IMG/VR virus record: IMGVR_UViG_3300011334_000020
Location: 1-28,285 of that record
Length of the DNA stretch: 28,285 nt
Reading direction: 5' to 3' (one strand)
Source: a virus
Taxonomy: Duplodnaviria > Caudoviricetes
Position 1 is the stretch's first letter; each line of letters begins with the position of its first letter. Shown one piece after another: positions 16,915 through 26,127 of the stretch. The notes beneath the pieces were generated by a model, which saw only the letters and a program-made list of their open reading frames with translations, was not told where the DNA came from and ran no database searches. The translations under genes and the position numbers were made by a program.

Positions 16915-17376
16915 TCATGCGGCAATTTGCCAAGAATTACTGTTATCGGAGATTGGTGTCCAAGTCTCTGGAGTGTCTGAGATTGCGTCCCATGTTTCCG
17001 ATGTGTCTTCTAGATTTTCCCATTTTTTCACGCCAGAAACCGACATCAAAGATTCGTCTGAAATTCCAAACGCGCCATCAACGACTAATCCACCGTTAAT
17101 GATAAGTTCGCTACCAGCAACAATATCAAAAGCACCGCTAGTAATGATGTTGCCGTCGACCGTCATCACCATCGCATCGAGTATCGACATCGACGCAAAT
17201 GCGACCCTTACGCCATCAATGACGACTGTGCTTGTGTCTGAAGGAGAAAACGCGCCAATGCAGACGCGAGTGCCAGCAATGGCAACGGTACTGCTTGCGG
17301 TAACTGCAAACGCCCCAAGGCTTACCCCGTAGGAGTACTTGCCCTGCCCGTATGGTCCAGAGCCGTATGCTGCCAT
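16915..17376 (-). CDS. virion structural protein (hypothetical)
   Basis: YGSGPYGQGKYSYG N-terminus, beta-rich middle, and ETW repeats at the C-terminus. Confidence 0.6.
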   Translation of the reverse strand: MAAYGSGPYGQGKYSYGVSLGAFAVTASSTVAIAGTRVCIGAFSPSDTSTVVIDGVRVAFASMSILDAMVMTVDGNIITSGAFDIVAGSELIINGGLVVDGAFGISDESLMSVSGVKKWENLEDTSETWDAISDTPETWTPISDNSNSWQIAA

Positions 17377-17378
17377 GA

Positions 17379-17771
17379 TTAGGTCAGGGTGACTGTTAAG
17401 CTACCAGCAGGGATGCGAAAGACATCGCCACTATTGATGGTGCGTGCTGTGGTCAATGCTGCCCATGCAAGCATATTGCCACCAGTAGACGCATCAAAGA
17501 TTGCTGCCCAACCGATAGAACCCCATGAACCGCTTGATGCTGCAAACTCAATGGCTGCTGCATTTGTTGCGGTTGTGGCTGTGCCTGAGACCGTGATACT
17601 TCCAGTAGCAACGCGAGCGTAAGAACTACCAGAGACCTCAGTACCGCCACCCGTATCAGACGGGGCAGCCGTAAACAAGCCAACATACCAAGCAGTTGGA
17701 CGAGTTACAGAGTTAGTGGTTAGTAAATAGTTGAGAACTAGATTCTCGGTGTAGTCGCTAAAAGATGACAT
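17379..17771 (-). CDS. conserved virion structural (tail-associated) protein
   Basis: SDYTEN..L...YVGLFTAAP.D.GGGTEVSG..YARV...FDASTGGNML family pattern. Confidence 0.7.
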   Translation of the reverse strand: MSSFSDYTENLVLNYLLTTNSVTRPTAWYVGLFTAAPSDTGGGTEVSGSSYARVATGSITVSGTATTATNAAAIEFAASSGSWGSIGWAAIFDASTGGNMLAWAALTTARTINSGDVFRIPAGSLTVTLT

Positions 17772-17780
17772 ATCTTTCCC

Positions 17781-18401
17781 TTATCCCAAAGTTCTTGCGC
17801 GTGTGATTAGAGTGCCACCAGATGTAGCGCCACGGTCATCGGCTTGTTTGACCTCTTCAAGACCCGTCTTGTAGAGCGATGCCCATGTAGCAATTCTCGC
17901 ATCATCTTGCAGGTACGGTGCTGCTTGCATAAGAGCACCATAGAGATAAACATCGGGTGCAGCAGTCAATAGCCAGTTTGTTGTGTTGCTAGTTGATAAC
18001 TTACTCAACTTTGCGTAATAGGTGAGTTCACCCGTGTACGAAGTGTCTGGTATCGGCACAAAGCGAAACTGTCCACCCACCACGCTGAAATACGCTGGCT
18101 TGCCTGACGAGTTGTAGACGACAGACAAGTTGTCCATTGAGTCGATAGTCTCAAACTGCAATGGTGTTGGTGGATTAGTGTCTAACTTGAAGGACTTAGT
18201 TTCAAGGAAGTCTGCTGGTACGGCTGCGTACTCTGTGTCTATGGTTGCCGTAGAGCGTGCAACCATCTGTCTGGTGCGCAGATTACGCTCGATCTGAGCT
18301 TCTGCAAGAGAGATAAAGTCAGGAATAGCAGTAGTCAGGTCTGAGCGATTAAGCCAGTCCCCGACAGATGTCTTTAACTCAGCATAGGTTGTTAGCGCCA
18401 T
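17781..18401 (-). CDS. head-tail adaptor protein (start revised to MALTTY)
   Basis: TYAELKTSVGDWLNRSDL...FISLAEA.I.R.LR and NWLL...PDVYLYGAL motifs of podovirus adaptors. Confidence 0.8.
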   Translation of the reverse strand: MALTTYAELKTSVGDWLNRSDLTTAIPDFISLAEAQIERNLRTRQMVARSTATIDTEYAAVPADFLETKSFKLDTNPPTPLQFETIDSMDNLSVVYNSSGKPAYFSVVGGQFRFVPIPDTSYTGELTYYAKLSKLSTSNTTNWLLTAAPDVYLYGALMQAAPYLQDDARIATWASLYKTGLEEVKQADDRGATSGGTLITRARTLG

Positions 18402-19059
18402 CTTCAGCCTTTTCTGCTTTCTCAAGATCACGCATCACCCAAGTGTGATCGTGCTTGAATTCAAAAGTCCCAATGTGTCCGATTTCCTTCGACACATCGT
18501 GGTCTATGTAGATTTTAAAGCCAGCAGCCTGTGCTTTACGGCAAAAGAAAATGTCCTCACCAATATAGCCACGCTTATCGGTACGCCAAGGAGTCTCAAA
18601 CCAAGGTTCACTCAAACGCTCAAACACTCTGCGCTTGATGAGCATCACGCCCATGCCAATAGAGTGAACTTCCTCAATGCCTGTTGACTCTGGCATCGTG
18701 TAGACGAGCTGTCTCTCACCGTTAACCTCATTCTGTGCAGTCGGTCCTGTTGGCATCCTACGTCTTGCACAGTTCGTTGCAACGATGTCTAGATCGTGCT
18801 TCATTAGTCTCTCGATCATGTCTTGTGGGAAAGTCATGTCTGAGTCAACAAACAAGACATGGGTACAACCCTCACGCATTGCGTCTAGGCACAAGTCAGC
18901 ACGCTGATTCTGAATCAGAGTCCCTTGCATGATCTTTAGGGACACGGCATCCATCGTATTGATGGTGTGATACGCGACCATGTTGACCATACAGAAGGTG
19001 TAGTTTGCGTGAACCATGTCACGCGCTGGTGTGCAGACTGCAATGTAGTTTGGTGTCAT
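18379..19059 (-). CDS. GT-A fold glycosyltransferase (GT2-like)
   Basis: THVLFVDSD (DxD), GMGVMLIKRRVF, GEDIFFC, and GHIG motifs. Confidence 0.85.
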   Translation of the reverse strand: MTPNYIAVCTPARDMVHANYTFCMVNMVAYHTINTMDAVSLKIMQGTLIQNQRADLCLDAMREGCTHVLFVDSDMTFPQDMIERLMKHDLDIVATNCARRRMPTGPTAQNEVNGERQLVYTMPESTGIEEVHSIGMGVMLIKRRVFERLSEPWFETPWRTDKRGYIGEDIFFCRKAQAAGFKIYIDHDVSKEIGHIGTFEFKHDHTWVMRDLEKAEKAEDGANNLC

Positions 19060-19370
19060 ACTTTTCCTGCTCTTGTTCTAAAGTATTGGTTATCGCTGTC
19101 GTTTAACCATTTTTTCATGTACTCCTGATCGTCCAATTTACCTTCAGCCTTTAACTGAAAGTAGATAGACATCGGGATACTGGCGACTCTGCTCCACTCG
19201 CCCCAACGAGCACGCTCATCAACCTGTGCGTACTCTTGCTTATTCTCTTCAATGATCGCTGAGACATCTTGTTGTGTCTGGATCGTTGCTTGCCCTGTCT
19301 CGTCGTCAAAATGGAAATAACGGGTTATTCCCTGTTCTGCGTCTGTACTAAATAGTCTTTTTTCGCTCAT
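19056..19370 (-). CDS. conserved hypothetical protein downstream of capsid
   Basis: QDVSAIIEENK...VASIP...KKWLND.DN..FRT family pattern; ATGA-coupled to the GT gene. Confidence 0.75.
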   Translation of the reverse strand: MSEKRLFSTDAEQGITRYFHFDDETGQATIQTQQDVSAIIEENKQEYAQVDERARWGEWSRVASIPMSIYFQLKAEGKLDDQEYMKKWLNDSDNQYFRTRAGKV

Positions 19371-19372
19371 GT

Positions 19373-19401
19373 AAAAAAAGGGTCTGAGTTACCCCAGACC
19401 C
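19373..19401 (-). terminator. intrinsic terminator after the major capsid gene
   Basis: GGGTCTGGG-GTAA-CTCAGACCC-TTTTTTT: 9-bp stem, GNRA loop, U7. Confidence 0.9.
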
Positions 19402-19415
19402 TCTCGTTAGTTAGA

Positions 19416-20378
19416 TCAAGATGTGATCAAGTCAGCAGCAATGCCGTGGGCATTTTCTGCCAACACTTTGTGACCCCACTCAACGATCAGCATACGCTTC
19501 TCAGCGTCGCCAGTCTTTGCCAACTCAACTTGTTGGTAAGGACGCAACATAGTCACTTTTGCGTAATCTGGATCGATCACGAAAGCGTCACGCTCACGCT
19601 GGAAGCGGTTAGGCACGACTTGCACTTGACCGAAGTCAGACACATAAATGTCGGCAGCACCGATGATCGTTGCAGGACGGTCACCACCATTGAGGTTGTA
19701 ACGAGCTGAAGCGATACCAGAGAAGCCAGACACGCGCTGCTTGTTGACTGGACCAGTCATCAAGATTTTTGGTGTGCCACCAGCAGTCCAAACTTGTTGA
19801 ATAACATTCTTCAAGATGGTTTCTGTAAAGGTACGCACATTACCGTCGGTACGGGCGCTGGTAGGTACAGTCGTATACGATGGGTTAGCACCGTTAGTCT
19901 GCATATCCACATTGGTCTTGATGAAGGCTTGCAATGAAGCAGTACCACGAGCAGTTGTAGTGTTGCCAGCAGCAGCGACAGCACCGTTCAACATGGAGAA
20001 CTCTTGGTCACGCTTCAACTCAGCGCTACGCTTGGCAATTTGGTATGCCAATTCAGAGCGACGACCAGCCTTGTTGACGGTCTCTTCAGTTGCAGACAAG
20101 ACGATAGTCTTACGGCTGATCTGTGCATAGTTTTGCAAACGCACAGTAGCAGTAACGCTATCGAAGGAAGTTACATCGTCGCCCTCTAACTGCTTGTTAG
20201 CAGCAGCAGAAGCCAATGTGTCGGTTTGCCACTCAAACAATGAATTGCTGATTGACTCACGACCGACATTGCTCATGTAAGGAGTCTCTTCGGGAGCGAT
20301 GTTAGTGATGATGTTGGATAAGTCCTCGCGGATACCCTTCGCATCAAATGTGGTGAATGTGTTGGTTACGATTGCCAT
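19416..20378 (-). CDS. major capsid protein (DUF5309 / SU10-like)
   Basis: REDLSNIITNIAPEETP, EWQTD.L, NYAQI..K, ELKRDQE, LAKTGD motifs; follows the scaffold gene and precedes a strong terminator. Confidence 0.9.
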   Translation of the reverse strand: MAIVTNTFTTFDAKGIREDLSNIITNIAPEETPYMSNVGRESISNSLFEWQTDTLASAAANKQLEGDDVTSFDSVTATVRLQNYAQISRKTIVLSATEETVNKAGRRSELAYQIAKRSAELKRDQEFSMLNGAVAAAGNTTTARGTASLQAFIKTNVDMQTNGANPSYTTVPTSARTDGNVRTFTETILKNVIQQVWTAGGTPKILMTGPVNKQRVSGFSGIASARYNLNGGDRPATIIGAADIYVSDFGQVQVVPNRFQRERDAFVIDPDYAKVTMLRPYQQVELAKTGDAEKRMLIVEWGHKVLAENAHGIAADLITS

Positions 20379-20387
20379 TTGAGTGTC

Positions 20388-21371
20388 CTATTTCAAAAGA
20401 AGTTCTATTGCGGAGGCAGCGTCATTGACGCGACCTGACTTTGCAAGACGCTGTTTTGCGCGTGTACTTTCAGTTGTTGTAGAGACGCGACCTGCTGCAC
20501 TAGGCTTGGCAGGGCGAGGACCGTTATTGATCACAGGCTTGATCTGCCCACGCTTGGACATCATCTGGTCATAGAGTGCTGCTTTACGCAACGCAATAAC
20601 TGCTCTGTGGTCATAGACATTCTTGAGTTCTTCGTCGCTGAATCCGATCTTTTTACCGAATTCAACGAGTAGAGCCTTTTCAGCCTGTGCCTTCTTGGAA
20701 TCTTTCCACTCAGGTACGGCTTGGATCAGGGCTTCTTGCTGTGAGGCAAGGTGAGCTTGCATTTCCTGTGCTCTTTGTTGCGCTGTGAGCTGGGACAGTC
20801 GCTGCTGTTCAGACTGAATAGCTGCGAGTTTGTCTTGCTTCTGGCGCATCACTTCTGACTGTCTCACCCACTCAATGGGGTCTTCGTTATAAAGACGATC
20901 CATATCGACAGGTGCTTCAGTTGACTCAAGTTGCTGTTTTAACGCTCCCAATAACTGGGCGTACTGTTCACGCTCGGCACGAATAGCAGCAGCCTCAGCC
21001 TCGACAGCCTTACGGGTCTCAGCGATCTGTTGTGTCTTTCGTGTGTAATCCTGAGTTCGAGAATATCCTTTTTGAAGTTCGTCTAGCGTGACCTCGACCT
21101 CTTTACCGTCAACTTTGACGGTGTAGACCTCGGCTGGCTTTTCTTCTTCTTCGGTTTCTTCATCTAACTCTGATTGTTCCTCTGTCGTTTCTTCATTGGA
21201 TTCGTCGTCTTGCACATCCAATTCTTCATCAACAGAGACCGCGACATCGGAAGTATCTTCCTCAGTCAAACGCGCCTTGTCAGTTTTCTGCTGTTCTCCG
21301 TCTAACGGCAACATCATCTGATCAAGAGCACTGGCTGCATCAGCCACAGACATAGGGGTTTGGTTTTCCAT
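20388..21371 (-). CDS. capsid scaffolding protein
   Basis: Acidic N-terminus, YTVKVDGKEVEVTLDELQKGYSRTQDYTRKTQ signature, coiled coil, and C-terminal capsid-binding helices. Confidence 0.9.
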   Translation of the reverse strand: MENQTPMSVADAASALDQMMLPLDGEQQKTDKARLTEEDTSDVAVSVDEELDVQDDESNEETTEEQSELDEETEEEEKPAEVYTVKVDGKEVEVTLDELQKGYSRTQDYTRKTQQIAETRKAVEAEAAAIRAEREQYAQLLGALKQQLESTEAPVDMDRLYNEDPIEWVRQSEVMRQKQDKLAAIQSEQQRLSQLTAQQRAQEMQAHLASQQEALIQAVPEWKDSKKAQAEKALLVEFGKKIGFSDEELKNVYDHRAVIALRKAALYDQMMSKRGQIKPVINNGPRPAKPSAAGRVSTTTESTRAKQRLAKSGRVNDAASAIELLLK

Positions 21372-21382
21372 TTCCTAGTCCT

Positions 21383-21649
21383 TTACACCAACGACTTTTG
21401 TTCACGCTCAATCTGGCGCTGTGCGACTTTTCCGTTGTCCATGATCTTGCTGATCTCGGTTCGGAAGTTGTCAATCGCACGCAACATATGCCAAGCGTGT
21501 TCTCTTTTCACGGTGTCCTCTGGCTTCGTATCCTTCCAAAGCCAGACGGCATCGTTCTCCATCTTCAACAAAGCAGTTGAGAAAGCCTCGTCAGCGATTA
21601 GCGACTCAGCCTTCTTGCCTTTTCTTACATCTTCTTCTTGTTTGCTCAC
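21383..21649 (-). CDS. small conserved protein between portal and scaffold
   Basis: 88 aa, helical; GKKAESLI...W......D...RE pattern; synteny. Confidence 0.7.
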   Translation of the reverse strand: MSKQEEDVRKGKKAESLIADEAFSTALLKMENDAVWLWKDTKPEDTVKREHAWHMLRAIDNFRTEISKIMDNGKVAQRQIEREQKSLV

Positions 21650-23842
21650 TTAGACCATTCCTTGTGGGTTGATGGGTTGCATTGGTGCTGGCTGGGCTTG
21701 CGCCATCGCCTGTTGTACCAATGCACTTTGTTCTTTCACAACCTCGCGGTTGACATTCTGCTCCGCAACAATTTGCGCGGTGCTCACCTGTGTGTTGTAC
21801 TTTAACTCAAGTTCGTACTGACGAAGTAGTCTATCTTGGTTAAGTTGATCGCGTCTGAAGTCGTCGTCGCGGATCATCTTCTGGCGCTGTAACTCAAGAT
21901 CGGCAGCCTTTTTCTGGATGTCAGCCTTAATAGACTCGGCTTGCACCTGAGCCAGCACCTCTTCTGGAGTCGGCTTTTGTGGTGCTTGTGGTGCTTTCCA
22001 GCCGTCTGGAATATCCGCAAAGTAGCTCGATGCGTCCTTGAATCCTGAGAGTTCGACGACCTTCTTCAAGGTGCGCACATACATCTGCGGGGACACCACG
22101 GGGTTCTCAAGACCGTACTGGTTAAGGATGGATTCTTGCTTGGCGAGTATCTGCATCATGGTTGCAATACGCTCATTGGTGTCGCCATTACCCAGACCGA
22201 TATTGATGTTGACATCCATCGTGTTGTCCCAAGCGCGTGGGTCAATCTGCACCCAACGGTTACGCAAGCGGATCATGCGTGGCTTGTCTTGGTGAGTCGT
22301 GACCAAGAAAAGAATCGTCTTAAACAGCTCCCTCATGCCCTCAGCCATGAGACGCGCAGTCAGCTCAATGCGTCCTTGGCTGGCGCTTACTGTGGCAGCC
22401 ACGGCAGCCTTAGTTGAAGACTGCAACGCATCTGGGTTCAAGCCCATAGATGCCTTTGACATCCCTGTGCGACCTTCCTTGATCTGGTCTAGGTAGTCCA
22501 AGACAGGGAAGGCAGCCTGACCAACGAATGGAGTAGTTAAGGCTTGAACCATGTTCGGAGCACGCGCACGAATGATCGCACCCGTCTCGTTGTTCAAGGC
22601 ATCATCAATGTTGACCTGACCCTCAACGATCACGGTGCGCGGATGGATTGACTGCGCCAGCGAATCCAAGGTATTGCGCATGACTTCGGACTTGATCTCT
22701 TGTAAGTCTCTAGTAATGTCAAAGATCGACATTGCCTCAAGTGGTGAGGTGTGGGGTTCTGGGTCACATGGGAATTCAATAAACGGGATGTATGACGCTG
22801 GCAGATTGCGAACCATCTTGTAGCCAGCACCCATGAAGCACATCTTGCGCAACTCAGGGATGCCGTCGCCATCAAAGTCAACCTTAGCGTAACCCTCGAC
22901 ATAGAGAACTCTCTGCATCATCGGGTTTGCGCTCTCTGTCAAATACTGGTTATTTGCCAATGGTGCGCGTGCCAGAGCCTCTTCGTTGTCGTTCAAGTCG
23001 GACGAGCCAACATAATCCATCACCTCGTCTTCGTCGTACCCCATAGAGATCAACTCAGCCACAGTCGCCATCTTGCGGTGACCGATAAAAGGTGCGTCTT
23101 TGAACGACATTGCTTGACGAGAAAGCAGTAATTCTTCTGGCGGTAAGCACGCCACATGGATACGCTTGTCTGTCACCTTACGCTTGATCTGCACATCATG
23201 GATCATTGCTGGGGGCATAGGTTGACCCGTCATAGGATCGATCTGCATTGCGCCTTGCATGGTCTCGTCTGGGTAACTCGCAACGATCTTCACATCTGCG
23301 TCGCCCTCTTGCATGACGATCTGCAATGTCTGGTCATCTAGACCCGAATATTCCTCAATTCGGACAGACTCGGTGTCCTCAACCCACGCCTTGACAATGC
23401 CACACTTCCTTACAAGAGCGTCTTTAAATGTGGCGTATGCCACCATAAAACCGTTGTTGTCGTTGTTGAAAACATAGTTGCAATAGTCTGTGGCTTGCTG
23501 TGCGTTTTCTACATCCTCTGGACCGCGAGGGACAAATTCCACCGTGTTCTCTGTGGAGAAAAACACACGCATCAAGGACGGCAGCATGGCAGACACGGTG
23601 TCGCGCACCTCCATCGCCACGACTTGCGAGCGTCCATCTTCCTCGTTACCGAAGGGGTCTCCTCGGTAATACTCAGTACCGCGAGCGCGGATAGGCGAGA
23701 GGTCAGAATCGATATAGCTCACAGCGTCTGTGATCTCTTGACCCATGATCGCCTCTAAGTCGGTGTCTGTCATAGGGGTGAGTGTCGGGTCAACCTGCGA
23801 CGCGATGTCTGTGCTCAATCCCAGCTCGTTGGTGATATTCAT
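21650..23842 (-). CDS. portal protein (P22/SU10-like)
   Basis: 730 aa; EYYRGDPFGNEEDGRSQVV, VEFVPRGPEDV, FKDALVRKCGIVK, and Gln-rich C-terminal barrel helix. Confidence 0.92.
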   Translation of the reverse strand: MNITNELGLSTDIASQVDPTLTPMTDTDLEAIMGQEITDAVSYIDSDLSPIRARGTEYYRGDPFGNEEDGRSQVVAMEVRDTVSAMLPSLMRVFFSTENTVEFVPRGPEDVENAQQATDYCNYVFNNDNNGFMVAYATFKDALVRKCGIVKAWVEDTESVRIEEYSGLDDQTLQIVMQEGDADVKIVASYPDETMQGAMQIDPMTGQPMPPAMIHDVQIKRKVTDKRIHVACLPPEELLLSRQAMSFKDAPFIGHRKMATVAELISMGYDEDEVMDYVGSSDLNDNEEALARAPLANNQYLTESANPMMQRVLYVEGYAKVDFDGDGIPELRKMCFMGAGYKMVRNLPASYIPFIEFPCDPEPHTSPLEAMSIFDITRDLQEIKSEVMRNTLDSLAQSIHPRTVIVEGQVNIDDALNNETGAIIRARAPNMVQALTTPFVGQAAFPVLDYLDQIKEGRTGMSKASMGLNPDALQSSTKAAVAATVSASQGRIELTARLMAEGMRELFKTILFLVTTHQDKPRMIRLRNRWVQIDPRAWDNTMDVNINIGLGNGDTNERIATMMQILAKQESILNQYGLENPVVSPQMYVRTLKKVVELSGFKDASSYFADIPDGWKAPQAPQKPTPEEVLAQVQAESIKADIQKKAADLELQRQKMIRDDDFRRDQLNQDRLLRQYELELKYNTQVSTAQIVAEQNVNREVVKEQSALVQQAMAQAQPAPMQPINPQGMV

Positions 23843-24372
23843 TTTGTACCCTTAGTCAATACGACATACATGGAGTCCACAGCTCGCGGAGTCCTCAGTA
23901 ATTCTTCCTGTGTCAATTTTAGGTCTTGTGCGAATGGATTGAGACGAAATTCCAAGTGCGTCATGTAAAACCTGTCTTCCCACCCAAGATACCAATGCCA
24001 GTCGCAGTAGTAAAGCCACGACTTTTCGTTGAATGCTCTCAGGTGCGTTGGGTCTTGCCAAGCGCCATAGCTCAGGTCATAAGGCACATGGATGCGCATC
24101 TCGCCACCAACCTTCAATAACTTCTTGCAGCTCGTCATTGCACCGACCAAATCAGGCAAATGCTCAAGCACATCGTTAGCCAATATTGCGTCAAACATCT
24201 CTGGTTCGATGTCAAAGTCACCGAGTCGTGTGGAAATAGCGTCGCCCCAAGGGACATTGCAGATGTCGAGTAACCAGTCTGGCTTAGTCCTTAGCTGCAC
24301 ATCTGCGTTGATGCAGTCTTCTCGAAAGTCCTTGCCAGAGCCTAGATTAAGTACCAAAGAAGTGTTCGACAT
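23839..24372 (-). CDS. class I SAM-dependent methyltransferase (Methyltransf_11-like)
   Basis: VLNLGSG motif I, DVLEHL, LLKVGG...VP, and DPTH; lacks DPPY or PC DNA-MTase motifs. Confidence 0.88.
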   Translation of the reverse strand: MSNTSLVLNLGSGKDFREDCINADVQLRTKPDWLLDICNVPWGDAISTRLGDFDIEPEMFDAILANDVLEHLPDLVGAMTSCKKLLKVGGEMRIHVPYDLSYGAWQDPTHLRAFNEKSWLYYCDWHWYLGWEDRFYMTHLEFRLNPFAQDLKLTQEELLRTPRAVDSMYVVLTKGTK

Positions 24373-25036
24373 ACTGTGGACGGTTCTCTTTTATCCAAGG
24401 CAAAGCCTCGGCAACAAGTTGTTGTGCGTTCTCGCCAATGGTTTGGCTGCCGACATGATGCACATAGGCGCTAGAGACAAAGTGCCGATAGCCTTGACTT
24501 GTGAGGTCTGCGCAACTCACATCGTCTGAATACCAGTTGAGTGGTCCAAACCTGCCGTGATGCCATGCGTCTCTGGAGATGTACGCAAAGATGGGGGAAA
24601 TGTTCTCTGTCGGGCGAATAAACTGCTCGGACTTAAAGCGATTCATGTAAAGCGGATCACCGTCAGGGTTGTATCTGATGTTTTGTGACGGTCTCACGCA
24701 GTCACTTCGAGCGCCAACCCAACCGACATTGGGTTCTAACTCGCGGATCACTTGCACATCTTCGAGTAGGCGCTGGTAGGAGTTCGGTGTCAGCACCACA
24801 TCGTCGTTGCAGACGATGCACGCCTGTGCGTACTTCAGAGCGTCGTCTATTACTTCGTTGTAGTCGTCGCCAAAGTTACGAGGTTCGCCAAAGATTAGCC
24901 TCGCATTCTTGTAGCCAGAGACGACTCTCTCTGTGCCACGCAAGTAAACAAACGCCTCTGGTGCGTATTGCTTGATCGACTCCAATAGGACTGGCAAACC
25001 CTTGCCGTGTACCGTCGATATGCAGATTGGGATCAC
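24347..25036 (-). CDS. GT2-family glycosyltransferase
   Basis: NFGDDYN, IVCNDDVVL, WYSDD, and YVHHVGSQT motifs of GT2 sugar transferases. Confidence 0.8.
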   Translation of the reverse strand: MIPICISTVHGKGLPVLLESIKQYAPEAFVYLRGTERVVSGYKNARLIFGEPRNFGDDYNEVIDDALKYAQACIVCNDDVVLTPNSYQRLLEDVQVIRELEPNVGWVGARSDCVRPSQNIRYNPDGDPLYMNRFKSEQFIRPTENISPIFAYISRDAWHHGRFGPLNWYSDDVSCADLTSQGYRHFVSSAYVHHVGSQTIGENAQQLVAEALPWIKENRPQYVEHFFGT

Positions 25037-25326
25037 TTTTTAGCCTTATTCCTTGCGGAAATACTTTTTGCCTTCGCTCTAGCGTCTGCCTTTGAACTAG
25101 CCCCCCATGCGTTGAGACTCAAGAGAAGACGGGTCTTTTCACCGTCCTTGTACTCTGGTCCAGCCATATTGCCCATACGAGCGAGAAAGCTGGCGCGTCT
25201 GGGGTTGTCGCCTGACTTCACAGGGGGCTTTAGGTTCATGCCTTCAGCCTTAGCCGAGGCACGACCCTTAGCGTTCAAGCCACCAGTTGGTGACTTGCCC
25301 TCTTTGCGTTGCCATGCTGCACTCAC
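25033..25326 (-). CDS. small basic conserved phage protein (DUF6321-like)
   Basis: AWQRKEGK...GGLNAKGRAS and RRASFLARM motifs; GTG start overlapping the upstream stop. Confidence 0.8.
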   Translation of the reverse strand: MSAAWQRKEGKSPTGGLNAKGRASAKAEGMNLKPPVKSGDNPRRASFLARMGNMAGPEYKDGEKTRLLLSLNAWGASSKADARAKAKSISARNKAKK

Positions 25327-25481
25327 TTCTTAGCCTTTGGCTTCTTGGCAGTCTTGGCAGCAGCCTTGAAGTCGGCAGCACTAGGAGCAGCCTTAGAGCC
25401 GACCTTGTTCATCTTCTCGCCAGAGCCAGCAGCGATGCGTGCTCTCTTTGCTTGAATATTGGAATAGAGACCTGCTTTCAT
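25323..25481 (-). CDS. small Lys/Ala-rich protein (52 aa, not in ORF track)
   Basis: MKAGLYSNIQAKRARIAAGSGEKMNKVGSKAAPSAADFKAAAKTAKKPKAKK; 4-nt overlaps on both sides. Confidence 0.85.
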   Translation of the reverse strand: MKAGLYSNIQAKRARIAAGSGEKMNKVGSKAAPSAADFKAAAKTAKKPKAKK

Positions 25482-25960
25482 TCTTCGTCCTCCATCTCGC
25501 CTTCGCCCATGTCTTCGCCTTCGTCTTCAGTTTCGCCAGTATTAGGACCGCCAACGACCCAAGCATCACAGGTTCTGGACGCTGCGCACTTGAAGTCGAA
25601 TATCTCGCAGTAGCCTAGATCAGCTAACTTGATAGTTCCCCACGGGTCTGCCTCGTTGCCGATGCCTTGTGCAATGCACTCTTTGATCTTGTCGGAGACA
25701 TTAAACGCTGCGCAGTTTCCGCAAAGGGATTGTTTGGCATCGTCAACAGTCACATCCCATGCGTCTGCCTTCTTTGCCCAGAATGGGGTGTTAGGCAGCT
25801 TCGGATTCTCAGGACCGTACTTCGCAGTAGTAATCGCCTTGGCGCGGTTTTTCAGATTGAGTGTGATGTCTTGCGTTGGCATTGGACATTGGCTGGTGTC
25901 GCTCTCGGACATCATCTGGTCCATTGCGCCTTGAAGGTGCTTGGGGTATGAGGTAGCCAT
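25478..25960 (-). CDS. Cys-rich metal-binding protein (HiPIP-like Cys spacing)
   Basis: CGNCAAF...GYCEIF...RTCDAW; acidic tail. Confidence 0.7.
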   Translation of the reverse strand: MATSYPKHLQGAMDQMMSESDTSQCPMPTQDITLNLKNRAKAITTAKYGPENPKLPNTPFWAKKADAWDVTVDDAKQSLCGNCAAFNVSDKIKECIAQGIGNEADPWGTIKLADLGYCEIFDFKCAASRTCDAWVVGGPNTGETEDEGEDMGEGEMEDEE

Positions 25961-25962
25961 GA

Positions 25963-26127
25963 TTACTTTTTACCTTTTTGTTTTACGCCAGCAGAGGACA
26001 GGGCAATAGCCAAGGCTTGCTTAGGGTTCTTTACAACCTTACCGCCAGCACCGCTATGCAACTTCCCCGCCTTATATTCATTAAAAACTTTAGAAATTTT
26101 CTTTTCTGTCTTTGTCTTCTTCATCAT
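25963..26127 (-). CDS. small basic protein (DUF6496-like, 54 aa, not in ORF track)
   Basis: MMKKTKTEKKISKVFNEYKAGKLHSGAGGKVVKNPKQALAIALSSAGVKQKGKK; AAGGAG RBS. Confidence 0.85.
   Translation of the reverse strand: MMKKTKTEKKISKVFNEYKAGKLHSGAGGKVVKNPKQALAIALSSAGVKQKGKK

Noticed and set aside
19402-19430. Programmed frameshift or read-through extension of the major capsid protein
   Set aside because: No slippery heptamer near the stop; TGA is followed by an in-frame TAA two codons later and then the terminator.
23839-24372. DNA methyltransferase interpretation
   Set aside because: No DPPY/NPPY or PC catalytic motif; the pattern fits small-molecule or sugar methyltransferases.
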